DNA of 64,000 nucleotides from a virus (Duplodnaviria; Heunggongvirae; Uroviricota; Caudoviricetes): IMG/VR virus record IMGVR_UViG_3300046522_000750; one strand, 5' to 3'. Shown piece by piece: positions 47,528 to 57,108 of this stretch (position 1 is its first letter; each line of letters starts with the position of its first letter). The notes under the pieces were generated by a model. It saw only the letters and a program-made list of their open reading frames with translations, ran no database searches and was not told where the DNA came from. The position numbers and the translations under genes were made by a program.

Positions 47528-47557
47528 TTGTGGCAGGTTCGGCTCACTCCCTATACT
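47528..47557 (+). promoter_or_regulatory. Shared-regulon promoter TTGTGG-N8-GCTCA-N5-TATACT
   Basis: Exact motif geometry. Confidence 0.65.
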
Positions 47558-47586
47558 TGATGGAAACGCCCTGAAGGATTTTCATC

Positions 47587-48735
47587 ATGACCTCGAGTAG
47601 ACCCGACCGCCTCCATCCACCGAGCCTGCAGTCCTACCCGTTCATCGACGTGATGTTTCGCAGCATGCTTCTGGGTATCGAGCACTTCCCCTTTGATGTG
47701 AGCAACCGGTGCTACCTGGACAACGTCTTCAGCCAAAATTACTTCCCCGTTGAAAGCATCTGCCTTGAACAAATGGCGCCGCTTCAGGCCTTGACTGATG
47801 ACACACTGGATCATTTGTTCAGTGTTTTAAAGCCCAGAATATATGGGTCGATCATTGATACAAAAGCCGCCTTCGATCAGATTTTGGTTGAAGCTTACAA
47901 GAGCCAAATTGAGCACAACGGCGGAAGAATGGAACCCTGCAGCCTTGAGCAAATGGCCAGCTATCTGCTGCATAAAGCCGTGATGACGGAGCCTGTTCAT
48001 TGGGGGCATATGGTGGATCTGTACAACAACTCAACCGCCGATCAGCAGGAAGCCATTCACCAGTTTTTTCTGCACGGATTTAACCGGCAGCTGGATGTGA
48101 TCCTTGCCACCCCGGCACCAGACGTTACGTTGCCTGAGTCGGTGCGTAAGGCATTCGACGCCAAGACTGAGAATGGTCAGACCGTCTACTACAGCGAGGT
48201 CGAACAACAATGGCTCAATGAGGTTGCACTACAGCAAATTTACAGCGTCACGGCTAAAAAGAATGGCAGTTCCAACCCTGAGGTTCTCGTTGCAACAGCT
48301 GCAACGCTTGATGAAGTCATTGCCTTCGCTACGATTTACGCCCAAGAGAAGCACCCGCTTTCTCCTTTAGACCGAATCACCATTCGCCATAACAACGACG
48401 AGATTGCCTTTGCTGATGTTTTGATTTCATCAAAGGATCCGGAGAAAACATTCCCTGACGGCGTGAAATTTAAATTGGCCTGGGATCTCAATAAGATAGG
48501 AACATCCACTACAAACCTCAAAGCCTTCCGTGATGATCTCGTGGCGGATTTAGAGCGTTGCGAACCAGAGCTTCGCGATGAGCTTGAGCAGAAACACCGC
48601 GAAATGTGCCGCCTCATCCATTCCTGCTCCAGCGATACCCCTGAGGCCTTCACCAGGGCCTTGTTGTTGGCGGAACGTGCGCTGGGCGTGCAATGGAGCA
48701 AGGTGAACCTGCTTGAAGATGCATTGGGCCTATGA
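47587..48735 (+). CDS. Family C paralogue 10, tail WSKVNLLEDALGL
   Basis: Family motifs. Confidence 0.85.
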   Translation: MTSSRPDRLHPPSLQSYPFIDVMFRSMLLGIEHFPFDVSNRCYLDNVFSQNYFPVESICLEQMAPLQALTDDTLDHLFSVLKPRIYGSIIDTKAAFDQILVEAYKSQIEHNGGRMEPCSLEQMASYLLHKAVMTEPVHWGHMVDLYNNSTADQQEAIHQFFLHGFNRQLDVILATPAPDVTLPESVRKAFDAKTENGQTVYYSEVEQQWLNEVALQQIYSVTAKKNGSSNPEVLVATAATLDEVIAFATIYAQEKHPLSPLDRITIRHNNDEIAFADVLISSKDPEKTFPDGVKFKLAWDLNKIGTSTTNLKAFRDDLVADLERCEPELRDELEQKHREMCRLIHSCSSDTPEAFTRALLLAERALGVQWSKVNLLEDALGL

Positions 48736-49811
48736 TCATGCCAGGACAGGAACCGGATCCGCAGATGACCTCCCCACGACCAACCTACCTGGCGCCGCCG
48801 TCGCTGGAGGCTTACCCCTTCATAGACATCCTGTTTCACCGCCAGGATATCCACATCAAGCACGAATACAACGAAAAGGACTTTGAGCAGGCATATTCGG
48901 ACAAGGCGTTCGCTAACGCCTATTTCACCTCGCCTCTGGAGGTCATCCCCTTTCGAATTGAACCGCTACTGGCCATGACTGACCAGACGTTCGAGCGTCT
49001 GTGCGACATTCTTGAACCCATCGACTCAGATGGCCAGGCCTATAGGACGAAAGCTGAGCTTGCTGCCTTGGTTGCGTATATCCAGCATCCAGAGGACAGT
49101 ACCGGTCAGCACCAGGCGATGCTGCAAACTGCTGTGCTGCACCACTCAACGCTGAGCAGCAACATCCACTGGGGCAGCCTGATCAATCTCTACAATGAAT
49201 CGAGCAGCGATCAGCAAGAGGCCATTTCCGGGTTTTTCCAGCGAGTCAGAAATCGCAGCCTCGAAGACTTGATGAAAGTGCCTGCTCCAACGTTTGAATT
49301 GCCGGCCAACCTATGCGAAGACTTCGAGAGCAAGGTTGAACAAGGTGTGCGGCATGTCTACTCCCCGGCTCGCCAAGATTGGCTTCGGGAAGACCTTCAC
49401 CGTAATTGTTACCGGGTCGAGGGATTTCATACCGCCAGAGGTCAGATTTTTCTACTGGCTACGGCTCCGACGCTAGCACAGGCAATTGCCAAGCTTTCGA
49501 TCTTCACCCAGCGTATCCATGCACCCTCCTTCAACATTGGCGAATTCAGTGTCCTGCTTGATGGTAAATACGTGGCTGACGGCCTGTTCAAAAGGGATAT
49601 TGGCAAGAGGGCCCAACCGTTCCTGAGCGCGATGAAGGCCCCTGTCAAAATACAGTGGAACCTTGAGGATGATGTCTGGGACGTTGAACCTGAGGTGTAC
49701 CCTCCACGTGTCACGAGAGCTGAGTTCATCAAAACACTGTATGCCACCGAGAAGGCCCTGGGCCTTCAGTGGAGCAAGGTGAGAAAACTTGAGGATGAGC
49801 TGGGCTTGTAA
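48732..49811 (+). CDS. Family C paralogue 11, tail WSKVRKLEDELGL
   Basis: Family motifs; ATGA overlap with paralogue 10. Confidence 0.85.
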   Translation: MIMPGQEPDPQMTSPRPTYLAPPSLEAYPFIDILFHRQDIHIKHEYNEKDFEQAYSDKAFANAYFTSPLEVIPFRIEPLLAMTDQTFERLCDILEPIDSDGQAYRTKAELAALVAYIQHPEDSTGQHQAMLQTAVLHHSTLSSNIHWGSLINLYNESSSDQQEAISGFFQRVRNRSLEDLMKVPAPTFELPANLCEDFESKVEQGVRHVYSPARQDWLREDLHRNCYRVEGFHTARGQIFLLATAPTLAQAIAKLSIFTQRIHAPSFNIGEFSVLLDGKYVADGLFKRDIGKRAQPFLSAMKAPVKIQWNLEDDVWDVEPEVYPPRVTRAEFIKTLYATEKALGLQWSKVRKLEDELGL

Positions 49812-49862
49812 TGTCTGGCCTAGCCTGCGTCAATTTAACGAATATGCTGAAAGGACTACTCC

Positions 49863-50888
49863 ATGAGCGGCACGCTACCCACTCACATCACACCACCAAG
49901 CCTGGACGCTTACCCGTTCATCACCGCCAAGTTTCTTGCCACCGACATTGCTATCGAGCACATCGACGAGGGCGCGTGGCCCACCGAAAACGATGATGCT
50001 GTCTTCGAATCGAAGCACATCACATTACCCGGCCAAATCAAGATAGCCCAATGTGGAACGCTGACTGGAATGCATGACAGCACCTTCGTCGCTCTTTTCA
50101 GCATCCTGAAGGTTAGTTACGCAAACTTCACCGCCGTCACGTCGAAGGCCGACCTGTCCAAGCTGGCGGCCAGGGACTACGACCTTTATTGGAACGAGAC
50201 CTTTCGGGATGACCAACTCCAAGCCTATCTGCTGTACAGCCTGACCATGGGCGAGAGCATTCATTGGGGGCAGCTGACTGACCTCTACAACGCGTCCTCA
50301 CCTGGCCAGCAGCAATCCATCAGCGATTACTTCAAACACTTCAAGAATCGCTCCCTGGTCGATCTGCTGAGCATTCCCGCGCCCATCTTCACGATCCCTG
50401 ACCGTATTACGAGAAGACACCTTAGCAAAGTCGAAAATGGCCAGACCTACTGCTTCAGCGACATCAAACAGACCTGGTTGCGAGATGACGTTTTTCAACA
50501 GCAGTTTGTGATCAAAAGCGTCTTTGAAGATGGAAAAACTGGCCTGGTCGGCAGTGCCCCGACGCTGGCCATCGCCATTGCGAAAGCCACCCAGTTTGCT
50601 TTGGCGGTCACTGATGACAGCAGCCATACAGCCATCCGCATAAACATCGGCAGCCAGCGCCTGGCTTTTGCCAAGATGATTTCGATACAAGGCCACCAGT
50701 CTGCCGTAAAGCTGACCTGGAACATCAATAGCGTCGGCGATAATTGCAAACGACAGCCCATTTCCGAACACTGCGCACGTGGTTATTCGATGAAAGAGGC
50801 CTTTGCCGAAACCCTGAAGGACGTGGAAAAGGAACTTGGGGTGCAATGGTACAAGGCACAGAGGCTCGAGGACGAACTTGGCTTGTAA
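49863..50888 (+). CDS. Family C paralogue 12, tail WYKAQRLEDELGL
   Basis: Family motifs; AAGGA RBS. Confidence 0.85.
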   Translation: MSGTLPTHITPPSLDAYPFITAKFLATDIAIEHIDEGAWPTENDDAVFESKHITLPGQIKIAQCGTLTGMHDSTFVALFSILKVSYANFTAVTSKADLSKLAARDYDLYWNETFRDDQLQAYLLYSLTMGESIHWGQLTDLYNASSPGQQQSISDYFKHFKNRSLVDLLSIPAPIFTIPDRITRRHLSKVENGQTYCFSDIKQTWLRDDVFQQQFVIKSVFEDGKTGLVGSAPTLAIAIAKATQFALAVTDDSSHTAIRINIGSQRLAFAKMISIQGHQSAVKLTWNINSVGDNCKRQPISEHCARGYSMKEAFAETLKDVEKELGVQWYKAQRLEDELGL

Positions 50889-50895
50889 CCTGGCG

Positions 50896-50925
50896 TTGTC
50901 GCACCTTCGTCTCCAGACGGATAAT
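50896..50925 (+). promoter_or_regulatory. Shared-regulon promoter variant TTGTCG-N8-TCTCC-N5-GATAAT
   Basis: 18 bp spacer; CTCCAGACGGATAATGA is identical to 52001-52017. Confidence 0.6.
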
Positions 50926-50952
50926 GATGTTATGAGACACGCCAAGGATTCC

Positions 50953-51978
50953 ATGATGACCCGACCTGCCAAGCTGACCCCGCCGCTTCTTAGCGCTTAC
51001 CCGTACATCGATTTTATGCTCTTCGATTCCAGGGAGTATGGGGCGAACATAGACATACCCTACGGCACGGGGGATGAGAACTGGACGTTCGATGATGAGG
51101 AATACGCAAAGGCGCATTTCTCCAAGGCCTCGGCAGTTAAGCCAGAGCACATGGCACCGCTGGCAGCCATGACCGAATCAACCTTTGAGCGACTGATCGG
51201 TCAGTTTGGCTATTACATCAACGGCGTCTCGGTGAAAACCAAAAACGATCTGGCCCTGGCCTCCGTCTCTGAAGACCCGGATATCGATGAGGATGACTGG
51301 CAGCCTTGCATTAAGGGGGCAAGCCTTGAGCAGGTGCAGTCATATCTACTCTACCGCAACAATGGCTACATTTCGGTCGACTGGGGCAATGTTGTCGCTG
51401 TCTACAACGATTCTGAGCCCGACCAGCAAGAGGCCATCTATCAGTTCTTCAAGCTGTGCATCAACCGGTCACTGGAGGACTTGTTGGCGATGGTTGGGCC
51501 TGAACCGTTGCCCGCGAGCATCGTGCCTGTATTGGAAACCAAGGTGATTGATGGCCGTCCCTGCTCCTATGACGAGTTCAAGGACGATTTCGTGAAAGAT
51601 GCTCACATGATCCGCAATTTCGATGTGGCAGGCTTTGAGTACCCGCAAGGTGGCGCTCAATACGCCATCGCATGCGCCATGACACTGGAGGAAGCCTTCG
51701 CGTACGCGACACGCTTTACCCTGGAAGGCAAACCGATGCACCGAGTGTCTATTCAGTATGCAGGTAACTGCATTGCCTCAGCCGAGGTCAATGGCAAATA
51801 CAACAGCATCATCGGCAAATTCCAGCCTGTACTGCCCATCAAGCTGTCTTGGAACATTGATCGGTCTGTGCCGGAAATCAGCAAAGATCGACTGGAAAAA
51901 GCCTTGTTTGCCGCAGAGAAAGCAATGGGCGTGTCCTGGAGTAAAGTCGGCAAACTCGAGGACGAGCTGGGTCTGTAA
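50953..51978 (+). CDS. Family C paralogue 13, tail WSKVGKLEDELGL
   Basis: Family motifs; AAGGA RBS. Confidence 0.85.
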   Translation: MMTRPAKLTPPLLSAYPYIDFMLFDSREYGANIDIPYGTGDENWTFDDEEYAKAHFSKASAVKPEHMAPLAAMTESTFERLIGQFGYYINGVSVKTKNDLALASVSEDPDIDEDDWQPCIKGASLEQVQSYLLYRNNGYISVDWGNVVAVYNDSEPDQQEAIYQFFKLCINRSLEDLLAMVGPEPLPASIVPVLETKVIDGRPCSYDEFKDDFVKDAHMIRNFDVAGFEYPQGGAQYAIACAMTLEEAFAYATRFTLEGKPMHRVSIQYAGNCIASAEVNGKYNSIIGKFQPVLPIKLSWNIDRSVPEISKDRLEKALFAAEKAMGVSWSKVGKLEDELGL

Positions 51979-51985
51979 TAGCCTA

Positions 51986-52015
51986 TTGGCCAGGCATCTC
52001 CTCCAGACGGATAAT
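51986..52015 (+). promoter_or_regulatory. Shared-regulon promoter variant TTGGCC-N8-CCTCC-N5-GATAAT
   Basis: 18 bp spacer. Confidence 0.6.
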
Positions 52016-52020
52016 GAATC

Positions 52021-53088
52021 ATGCACCGCACACAGGACTCGACGATGCCTAGGCCAGATCAACTCGTTAAGCCGCCATTGGCGGCCTTTCATTTCATCAA
52101 CCACGTGCTCCACAGCAGACGGACTCAAAGTGGCAAGAGAGTCATGCTTAGAGTGGACTATGACGACTCAAAATTTGATAGAAATGACAACAAATATACA
52201 AAAGAACACTTCCAGCATGCGCGCCAAGTAAAGCCTGAGTTCATTGCACCGCTGGCAGCCATGACCGATGCCACCTTCGAGCGCTTGGTGGGTGGATTCG
52301 GCTATGAAATTAATGGCGTGAAGATCAAGACCAAGAACGACCTTGCATTTGCAGCGAGTATCCCAGGCCTTCTCAATAGTGATTCGTCTGATACCGTGAC
52401 AGCACTGCCTGACCCCAGCCCCGAGCAGCTGCAGGTAAATGCTCTGTACCACAACAAAGCCTCGGTCAACATCAAGTGGCACGACGTTGTGGATCTCTAC
52501 AACGAATCTGAGCCTGACCAGCAAGAATCCATTCATCAGTTTTTCAAGCGGATCATGAACCAATCACTCGAAGATCTGATGGCAATACCCGCACCTGAGC
52601 CGTTGCCGGCCAATCTGCTCGCACCCCTCGAGAGCCAGATCGTCGATGGCAAGCCTTGTTCCTACAACGAGTTCACAGACAGCTTTGTCGATGACCAAGA
52701 CATGATCCTCAACTACCAAGTCGTAGGCTTCCGTGGCGAATCGCGCAATGACATTCATTACCTGATTGCGAGCACCATGTCGCTAGAAGAGGCCATTGCA
52801 ATGGCGACTCGCTACACCCAAAACATCACCGAGAAGGACACGCTGGAGCAGCTCACCATTCACCATGGCGGCATTGAGATTGCCAAATCGAATATTCTAA
52901 GTGCCCGGCCAATACCAGAAGGCACCTACTATCGCTCATTGCCAGCCCGGCTGCGCTGGAATTTCGATCCCTCCGCTCAATCAGCTATCTCTGATGATCG
53001 CTTCAACCAAGCTGTCATGTCTGCCGAGAAAGCGATGGGCGTTAAATGGTGGAAAGGGATCATGCTGGAAGACGCCCTGGGCCTGTAA
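52021..53088 (+). CDS. Family C paralogue 14, tail WWKGIMLEDALGL
   Basis: Family motifs; appears closest to paralogue 13. Confidence 0.85.
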   Translation: MHRTQDSTMPRPDQLVKPPLAAFHFINHVLHSRRTQSGKRVMLRVDYDDSKFDRNDNKYTKEHFQHARQVKPEFIAPLAAMTDATFERLVGGFGYEINGVKIKTKNDLAFAASIPGLLNSDSSDTVTALPDPSPEQLQVNALYHNKASVNIKWHDVVDLYNESEPDQQESIHQFFKRIMNQSLEDLMAIPAPEPLPANLLAPLESQIVDGKPCSYNEFTDSFVDDQDMILNYQVVGFRGESRNDIHYLIASTMSLEEAIAMATRYTQNITEKDTLEQLTIHHGGIEIAKSNILSARPIPEGTYYRSLPARLRWNFDPSAQSAISDDRFNQAVMSAEKAMGVKWWKGIMLEDALGL

Positions 53089-53153
53089 TTTCTCCCTACC
53101 TAAGAGCCAGCCGGTGCCTTTTGGCCTCAAAAGAAAAGCGCCTGTTAGCTTTC

Positions 53154-53183
53154 TTGTGTGCCTGGCTGCTCAGTCTGGATAAT
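53154..53183 (+). promoter_or_regulatory. Shared-regulon promoter TTGTGT-N8-GCTCA-N5-GATAAT
   Basis: Exact motif geometry. Confidence 0.65.
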
Positions 53184-53211
53184 GAAAACAGACCAGTACA
53201 AGGACACGCTA

Positions 53212-54330
53212 ATGACCGCCCGCCGCCCTGCACGCCTGACAGCTCCGAGCCTTGAGAACTATCCGTTCATTAACGTCATGTTTCACATGGATTTCGCTGG
53301 ATTCGAAGATGCCAATGGCAGTCCTCATGCTCCGGATCCCGATGCCTACAAAAAACTGTCCGATGATTATTTCGATTTTCCAGCCAGCGTTCCCAATGAG
53401 TATGTGGCACCTATTCAGGCAATGACGGAAATCACTTTTGAAAAGCTGTGCGCTTTGTTCAGGCCGGTATTATTTGAAACCCCAATATGGACAAAAGCTG
53501 ACCTCGAAGACTTGGCGATCAAGAAAACTCAACACTATTTGGTGGATGAAGAAAACGATTGCGGGCCCTACACCCATGAGCAGATGCAGGCATTTGTGAT
53601 GTTCCAGGCCAACCCGAGCAAAAACATCCAGTGGGGAAAGGTCGCCTCCTTTTACAACGAGTCGCCACCTGATCAGCAGGAGGCTATTTTTCAATACTTC
53701 CAGAAACTCCACAACCTTGATCTTAAAGAGCTTTTTGAGCTCACCGGCCCTGCAATAACACTGCCTGATAACCTTAGTGAAGATTTCATAACTCAGACCA
53801 AAGACGGTGATACCTACTATTTCAGTGACCTTAAACAGAAATGGCTGCGTGATGACCGGTTTCACCAGCAGTACCGCATCGACATCGTACTGACGTCAAT
53901 CAATGCTCGTTACCTTATTGGTGGTGCGCCGACGCTAGACCAGGCCATCGCCAAGGCTTCGCTACACGTCAAAGACAATCAATATCCTGGAAAATGGCGC
54001 GTGGACATCCACGAGTTCGCGGAACCGGTAGCCCATGCTGAAGTGGTTGCCGGCAAAAACATCAGCACCAAACTCAAGTGGAACCTTGATCAACTAGGTG
54101 CTGACAAAACCTACGTGAAGAGTGTTAAAAAATCAGCGATGCGCTCTCTCAATACGTTCCCTGAAGAAAAAGAGAAAATCCTAAACAACATTCAGAGGCT
54201 GGATGCGTTGATCGGCAGACCACTTCCCGTGTCCAGAAAAGACTTCAGTGAGGCGCTTTACAGGGTAGAGAAGGCGTTGGGACTGCAATGGCACAAGGTG
54301 CATGACCTTGAAAATGCGTTGGGCCTGTAA
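53212..54330 (+). CDS. Family C paralogue 15, tail WHKVHDLENALGL
   Basis: Family motifs; AAGGA RBS before 53212. Confidence 0.85.
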   Translation: MTARRPARLTAPSLENYPFINVMFHMDFAGFEDANGSPHAPDPDAYKKLSDDYFDFPASVPNEYVAPIQAMTEITFEKLCALFRPVLFETPIWTKADLEDLAIKKTQHYLVDEENDCGPYTHEQMQAFVMFQANPSKNIQWGKVASFYNESPPDQQEAIFQYFQKLHNLDLKELFELTGPAITLPDNLSEDFITQTKDGDTYYFSDLKQKWLRDDRFHQQYRIDIVLTSINARYLIGGAPTLDQAIAKASLHVKDNQYPGKWRVDIHEFAEPVAHAEVVAGKNISTKLKWNLDQLGADKTYVKSVKKSAMRSLNTFPEEKEKILNNIQRLDALIGRPLPVSRKDFSEALYRVEKALGLQWHKVHDLENALGL

Positions 54331-54354
54331 GTGATTGCATGGCCGCTAGCGTGA

Positions 54355-54735
54355 TCAAAGTCCGAGACTCTCGTCCAGCGCAAGACCTTTCAGCCTACCA
54401 GCCTGCTCAGGGAAGGTTTCTTTGAGCGCATTCAGCAGGTCTTTGCTGGAGTCCGTCAACGTAACGAGCGGCCATCGAATTACCGCTTGTGTTCCTGTAT
54501 GAGAAATTGGGAATCGCATTATTTCCTTGTTGTTTCCATACAGTTCGAGATTTTTTATTTCATAAGTGTCCGAGCTTTTATCGGTTGGATTGGAGATCAT
54601 TGATGCCAACTTGGTTAATGCCTCACCAACTGTCGGTGATGGAAAAACGTCGACAACCAATTCGCCAATGACCTCAGTCTGCGTTTTATTTCTGGCATCC
54701 ATCCTGAACATGAATTGCTGATTCTCTTGTTGCAT
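54355..54735 (-). CDS. Family D short paralogue, tail LKGLALDESLGL
   Basis: T..EA...LA..I, L..LK.TFPEQ motifs. Confidence 0.75.
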   Translation of the reverse strand: MQQENQQFMFRMDARNKTQTEVIGELVVDVFPSPTVGEALTKLASMISNPTDKSSDTYEIKNLELYGNNKEIMRFPISHTGTQAVIRWPLVTLTDSSKDLLNALKETFPEQAGRLKGLALDESLGL

Positions 54736-54767
54736 GATCTCTCCTTTCTTTCGTCTTAAGCTGATGT

Positions 54768-55217
54768 TTAGAGCGCTAGGGCATCATCCAGGAATTTTTC
54801 CTTAAAGATTTTCTTCTGCTCAGGAAATGTCTTGACCAGCGCATCAAAAATCTCTCGACTTACGTTATCAAAGTCCATCCAACCCCAATGCACACTGGCT
54901 GTCGGCTTTTTAAACCATGGCAATCCAAAAAGGCTTTCGGTTCCTTCGGTGGCATGCAGCTTGAACAGTTCTTTGCCATCGCCCATCAATTGAATGCAGG
55001 TCAGATTGGCCCTGACGCCCTTTGCAAGATCCCGTTTAAACGGCATCGAGCCATCAAGGATTTTGGCCAGATTCTTGACCGCCTCTTCAGCTGTTTGTGC
55101 TGTGGCAAAATCAAAAACGTCATGACGCTTGTGAACTTTCCTTGAGCCTTCTAGCGCATCATGGAACGTCAATGTGTAGCTAAATTTGTTTTTCTCATGA
55201 TCCATGGTTATTTCCAT
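54768..55217 (-). CDS. Family D short paralogue, tail FKEKFLDDALAL
   Basis: TAEEAVKNLAKILDG.P, FD.V.RE..DALVKTFPEQK motifs. Confidence 0.8.
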   Translation of the reverse strand: MEITMDHEKNKFSYTLTFHDALEGSRKVHKRHDVFDFATAQTAEEAVKNLAKILDGSMPFKRDLAKGVRANLTCIQLMGDGKELFKLHATEGTESLFGLPWFKKPTASVHWGWMDFDNVSREIFDALVKTFPEQKKIFKEKFLDDALAL

Positions 55218-55236
55218 TTTTTGTTTTTGAGAATGA

Positions 55237-55647
55237 TTAAAGCCCTAAGGCGTCTTCCAAAAATTTACCTTTGAAGATCTGTTTCTGTTCTGGAAACGTC
55301 TTCACCAATGCATCAAGAAGCTCCCTATTTACATCATCAAAGACTGTAATCTTCCACTGTGCAGCCTTCGATGGCGTGCCTAACATGTTTTCTTCAATTC
55401 CGTTTATCCTGAACAGCCTCTTACCTTCGCCGAACAATTCTATTTTGCTTAATATCGCTTTATGACCTTTATCAAGCAGGTGTCTATAGGGTATTGACCC
55501 TTCGAGAATTTTGGCCAAATTACCAATGGCTTCCTCTGCTGTGTCTGCCGGAAAAAAGCCAGGAAAGTCATACCAGTTGATAGTCCAGTTTGCGTTTCGA
55601 TCATGGAACCACATTTTGAAATCAAATTTTTTCTTATTGTTATCCAC
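55237..55647 (-). CDS. Family D short paralogue, tail FKGKFLEDALGL
   Basis: Family D motifs; GTG start with GGAG RBS. Confidence 0.8.
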   Translation of the reverse strand: MDNNKKKFDFKMWFHDRNANWTINWYDFPGFFPADTAEEAIGNLAKILEGSIPYRHLLDKGHKAILSKIELFGEGKRLFRINGIEENMLGTPSKAAQWKITVFDDVNRELLDALVKTFPEQKQIFKGKFLEDALGL

Positions 55648-55680
55648 AGCATTGCTCCTAATTCTTATCTCGGCACACGA

Positions 55681-56115
55681 TTAAAGACCAAGTGCTCCTT
55701 CCAAATGCTTGCCTTTGAAGAATTGCTTCTGCTCAGGGAACGTCTGAATTAAAGCATCCAAGAGTTCTTTGTTGACGTCATCAAAGCGCATCAAGCTCCA
55801 CTGCGCACGTGCCGGGAGTTTCTTCTCGGTGTCTTCATTGCAGAGGAGCGTTATCAACTTCCCACTGTCACTGATCAACTCAATGACCGTTAATTTGGCC
55901 CTACTCCCTTCACCCAGCAATTGTCTGTACGGTATCGATCCATCAAATATTTTGGATAAGTTTGAAATAACTTCAATCGCTGTATCGGCGGATGCAAAAT
56001 AAGCATACTGCTCCCAGCCACTCATGTTTTTCTCCGCATTAAAGCTTCGAAAAATCATCGTATATCCAAATTTTTTATTAACATCAATCATCGAATTACC
56101 GCTTATTTTATTCAT
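55681..56115 (-). CDS. Family D short paralogue, tail FKGKHLEGALGL
   Basis: Family D motifs. Confidence 0.8.
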   Translation of the reverse strand: MNKISGNSMIDVNKKFGYTMIFRSFNAEKNMSGWEQYAYFASADTAIEVISNLSKIFDGSIPYRQLLGEGSRAKLTVIELISDSGKLITLLCNEDTEKKLPARAQWSLMRFDDVNKELLDALIQTFPEQKQFFKGKHLEGALGL

Positions 56116-56550
56116 TCAAAGCCCTAAGGCGTCTTCAATAACCTTACCCTTGAACACCTGCTTTTGAGCCGGAAATCTCCTAATCAACGCATCCAGGAGC
56201 TCTCGATTAACATCATCAAATACCATGGACTTCCACGGATCACCGAGCATCCCACCAACACCCAAAATTAACCAAGCCAGTCGATCTGGATCCCTATCAT
56301 TTCCAACCTCAAAACTGAGTAATCTTTTACCGTTGCCAGTTAACTCAAATTTCGAGATGCGTACATGATTGACATCCGAAAACAGATCTTTTAATGCCGT
56401 CGAACCAATAAGGAGTTTCGCCAAATTATCTACAGCTTCTTCAGCGGTGTCAGCAGGTGCATAGTTCGAAAAATCTTTCCAGCTAACGTCTGAGCCTTTT
56501 AGCTCGCAAAAAACCAAATTAAATCCAAATCGCTTTTGTTCATGTGCCAT
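56116..56550 (-). CDS. Family D short paralogue, tail FKGKVIEDALGL
   Basis: Family D motifs. Confidence 0.8.
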   Translation of the reverse strand: MAHEQKRFGFNLVFCELKGSDVSWKDFSNYAPADTAEEAVDNLAKLLIGSTALKDLFSDVNHVRISKFELTGNGKRLLSFEVGNDRDPDRLAWLILGVGGMLGDPWKSMVFDDVNRELLDALIRRFPAQKQVFKGKVIEDALGL

Positions 56551-56578
56551 TCGATAACCATCGTTATTAATGTTGATA

Positions 56579-56983
56579 TTAAATACCCAGAGCTTCTTCC
56601 AGTATGTGGCCTTTGAATTGATTTTTCTGTTCTGAAAAAGTTTTGATCAGAGCATCCCATAGTGCTGCATCGACATCATGAAATACCGCCAAGCGCCAAT
56701 TCACCCTAAAGCATTTTTGACCACTTCTAGATACATGCAACGTCATCAAATTCTTTCTGTAGATATCAAACAGCTCAAGTTTGAATAAATTAGCGCCTGC
56801 ATTAATTCCGGGTATATGTCTCACAGGTATCAATCCATTAAGGATCTTCACCAAGTTCTCGATGGCTTCTTCTGCTGTCTTTGATGAAGCGAAACGGGAT
56901 ACCGTTACCGTGGTATAGGCATCACCCTCAAGCTTCTGCCTGAAGCTCAGTTTGTAACCAAAATTCTGATCTTGCCGCTTCAT
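56579..56983 (-). CDS. Family D short paralogue, tail FKGHILEEALGI
   Basis: Family D motifs; ATG at 56983 with GGAG RBS downstream of the shared promoter. Confidence 0.8.
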   Translation of the reverse strand: MKRQDQNFGYKLSFRQKLEGDAYTTVTVSRFASSKTAEEAIENLVKILNGLIPVRHIPGINAGANLFKLELFDIYRKNLMTLHVSRSGQKCFRVNWRLAVFHDVDAALWDALIKTFSEQKNQFKGHILEEALGI

Positions 56984-57005
56984 AATTAACTCCGGCCCAT
57001 CCCCT

Positions 57006-57035
57006 ATTCTCACTGATGAGCATCCTATGCAGCAA
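57006..57035 (-). promoter_or_regulatory. Shared-regulon promoter TTGCTG-N8-GCTCA-N5-GAGAAT driving the family D block
   Basis: Exact motif geometry on the minus strand. Confidence 0.65.
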
Positions 57036-57051
57036 ACGCCGGCGTGACTGC

Positions 57052-57081
57052 TTGTTCGACTGCGCGCTCAGCACCGATAAT
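57052..57081 (+). promoter_or_regulatory. Shared-regulon promoter TTGTTC-N8-GCTCA-N5-GATAAT
   Basis: Exact motif geometry; back-to-back with 57006-57035. Confidence 0.65.
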
Positions 57082-57108
57082 GAAGGAAACCAAAACAGGA
57101 ACGCGACC

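Noticed and set aside
55640-55648. Perfect DnaA box TTATCCACA
   Set aside because: Isolated, overlaps the GTG start of a family D gene in AT-rich DNA, with no iterons nearby; likely chance
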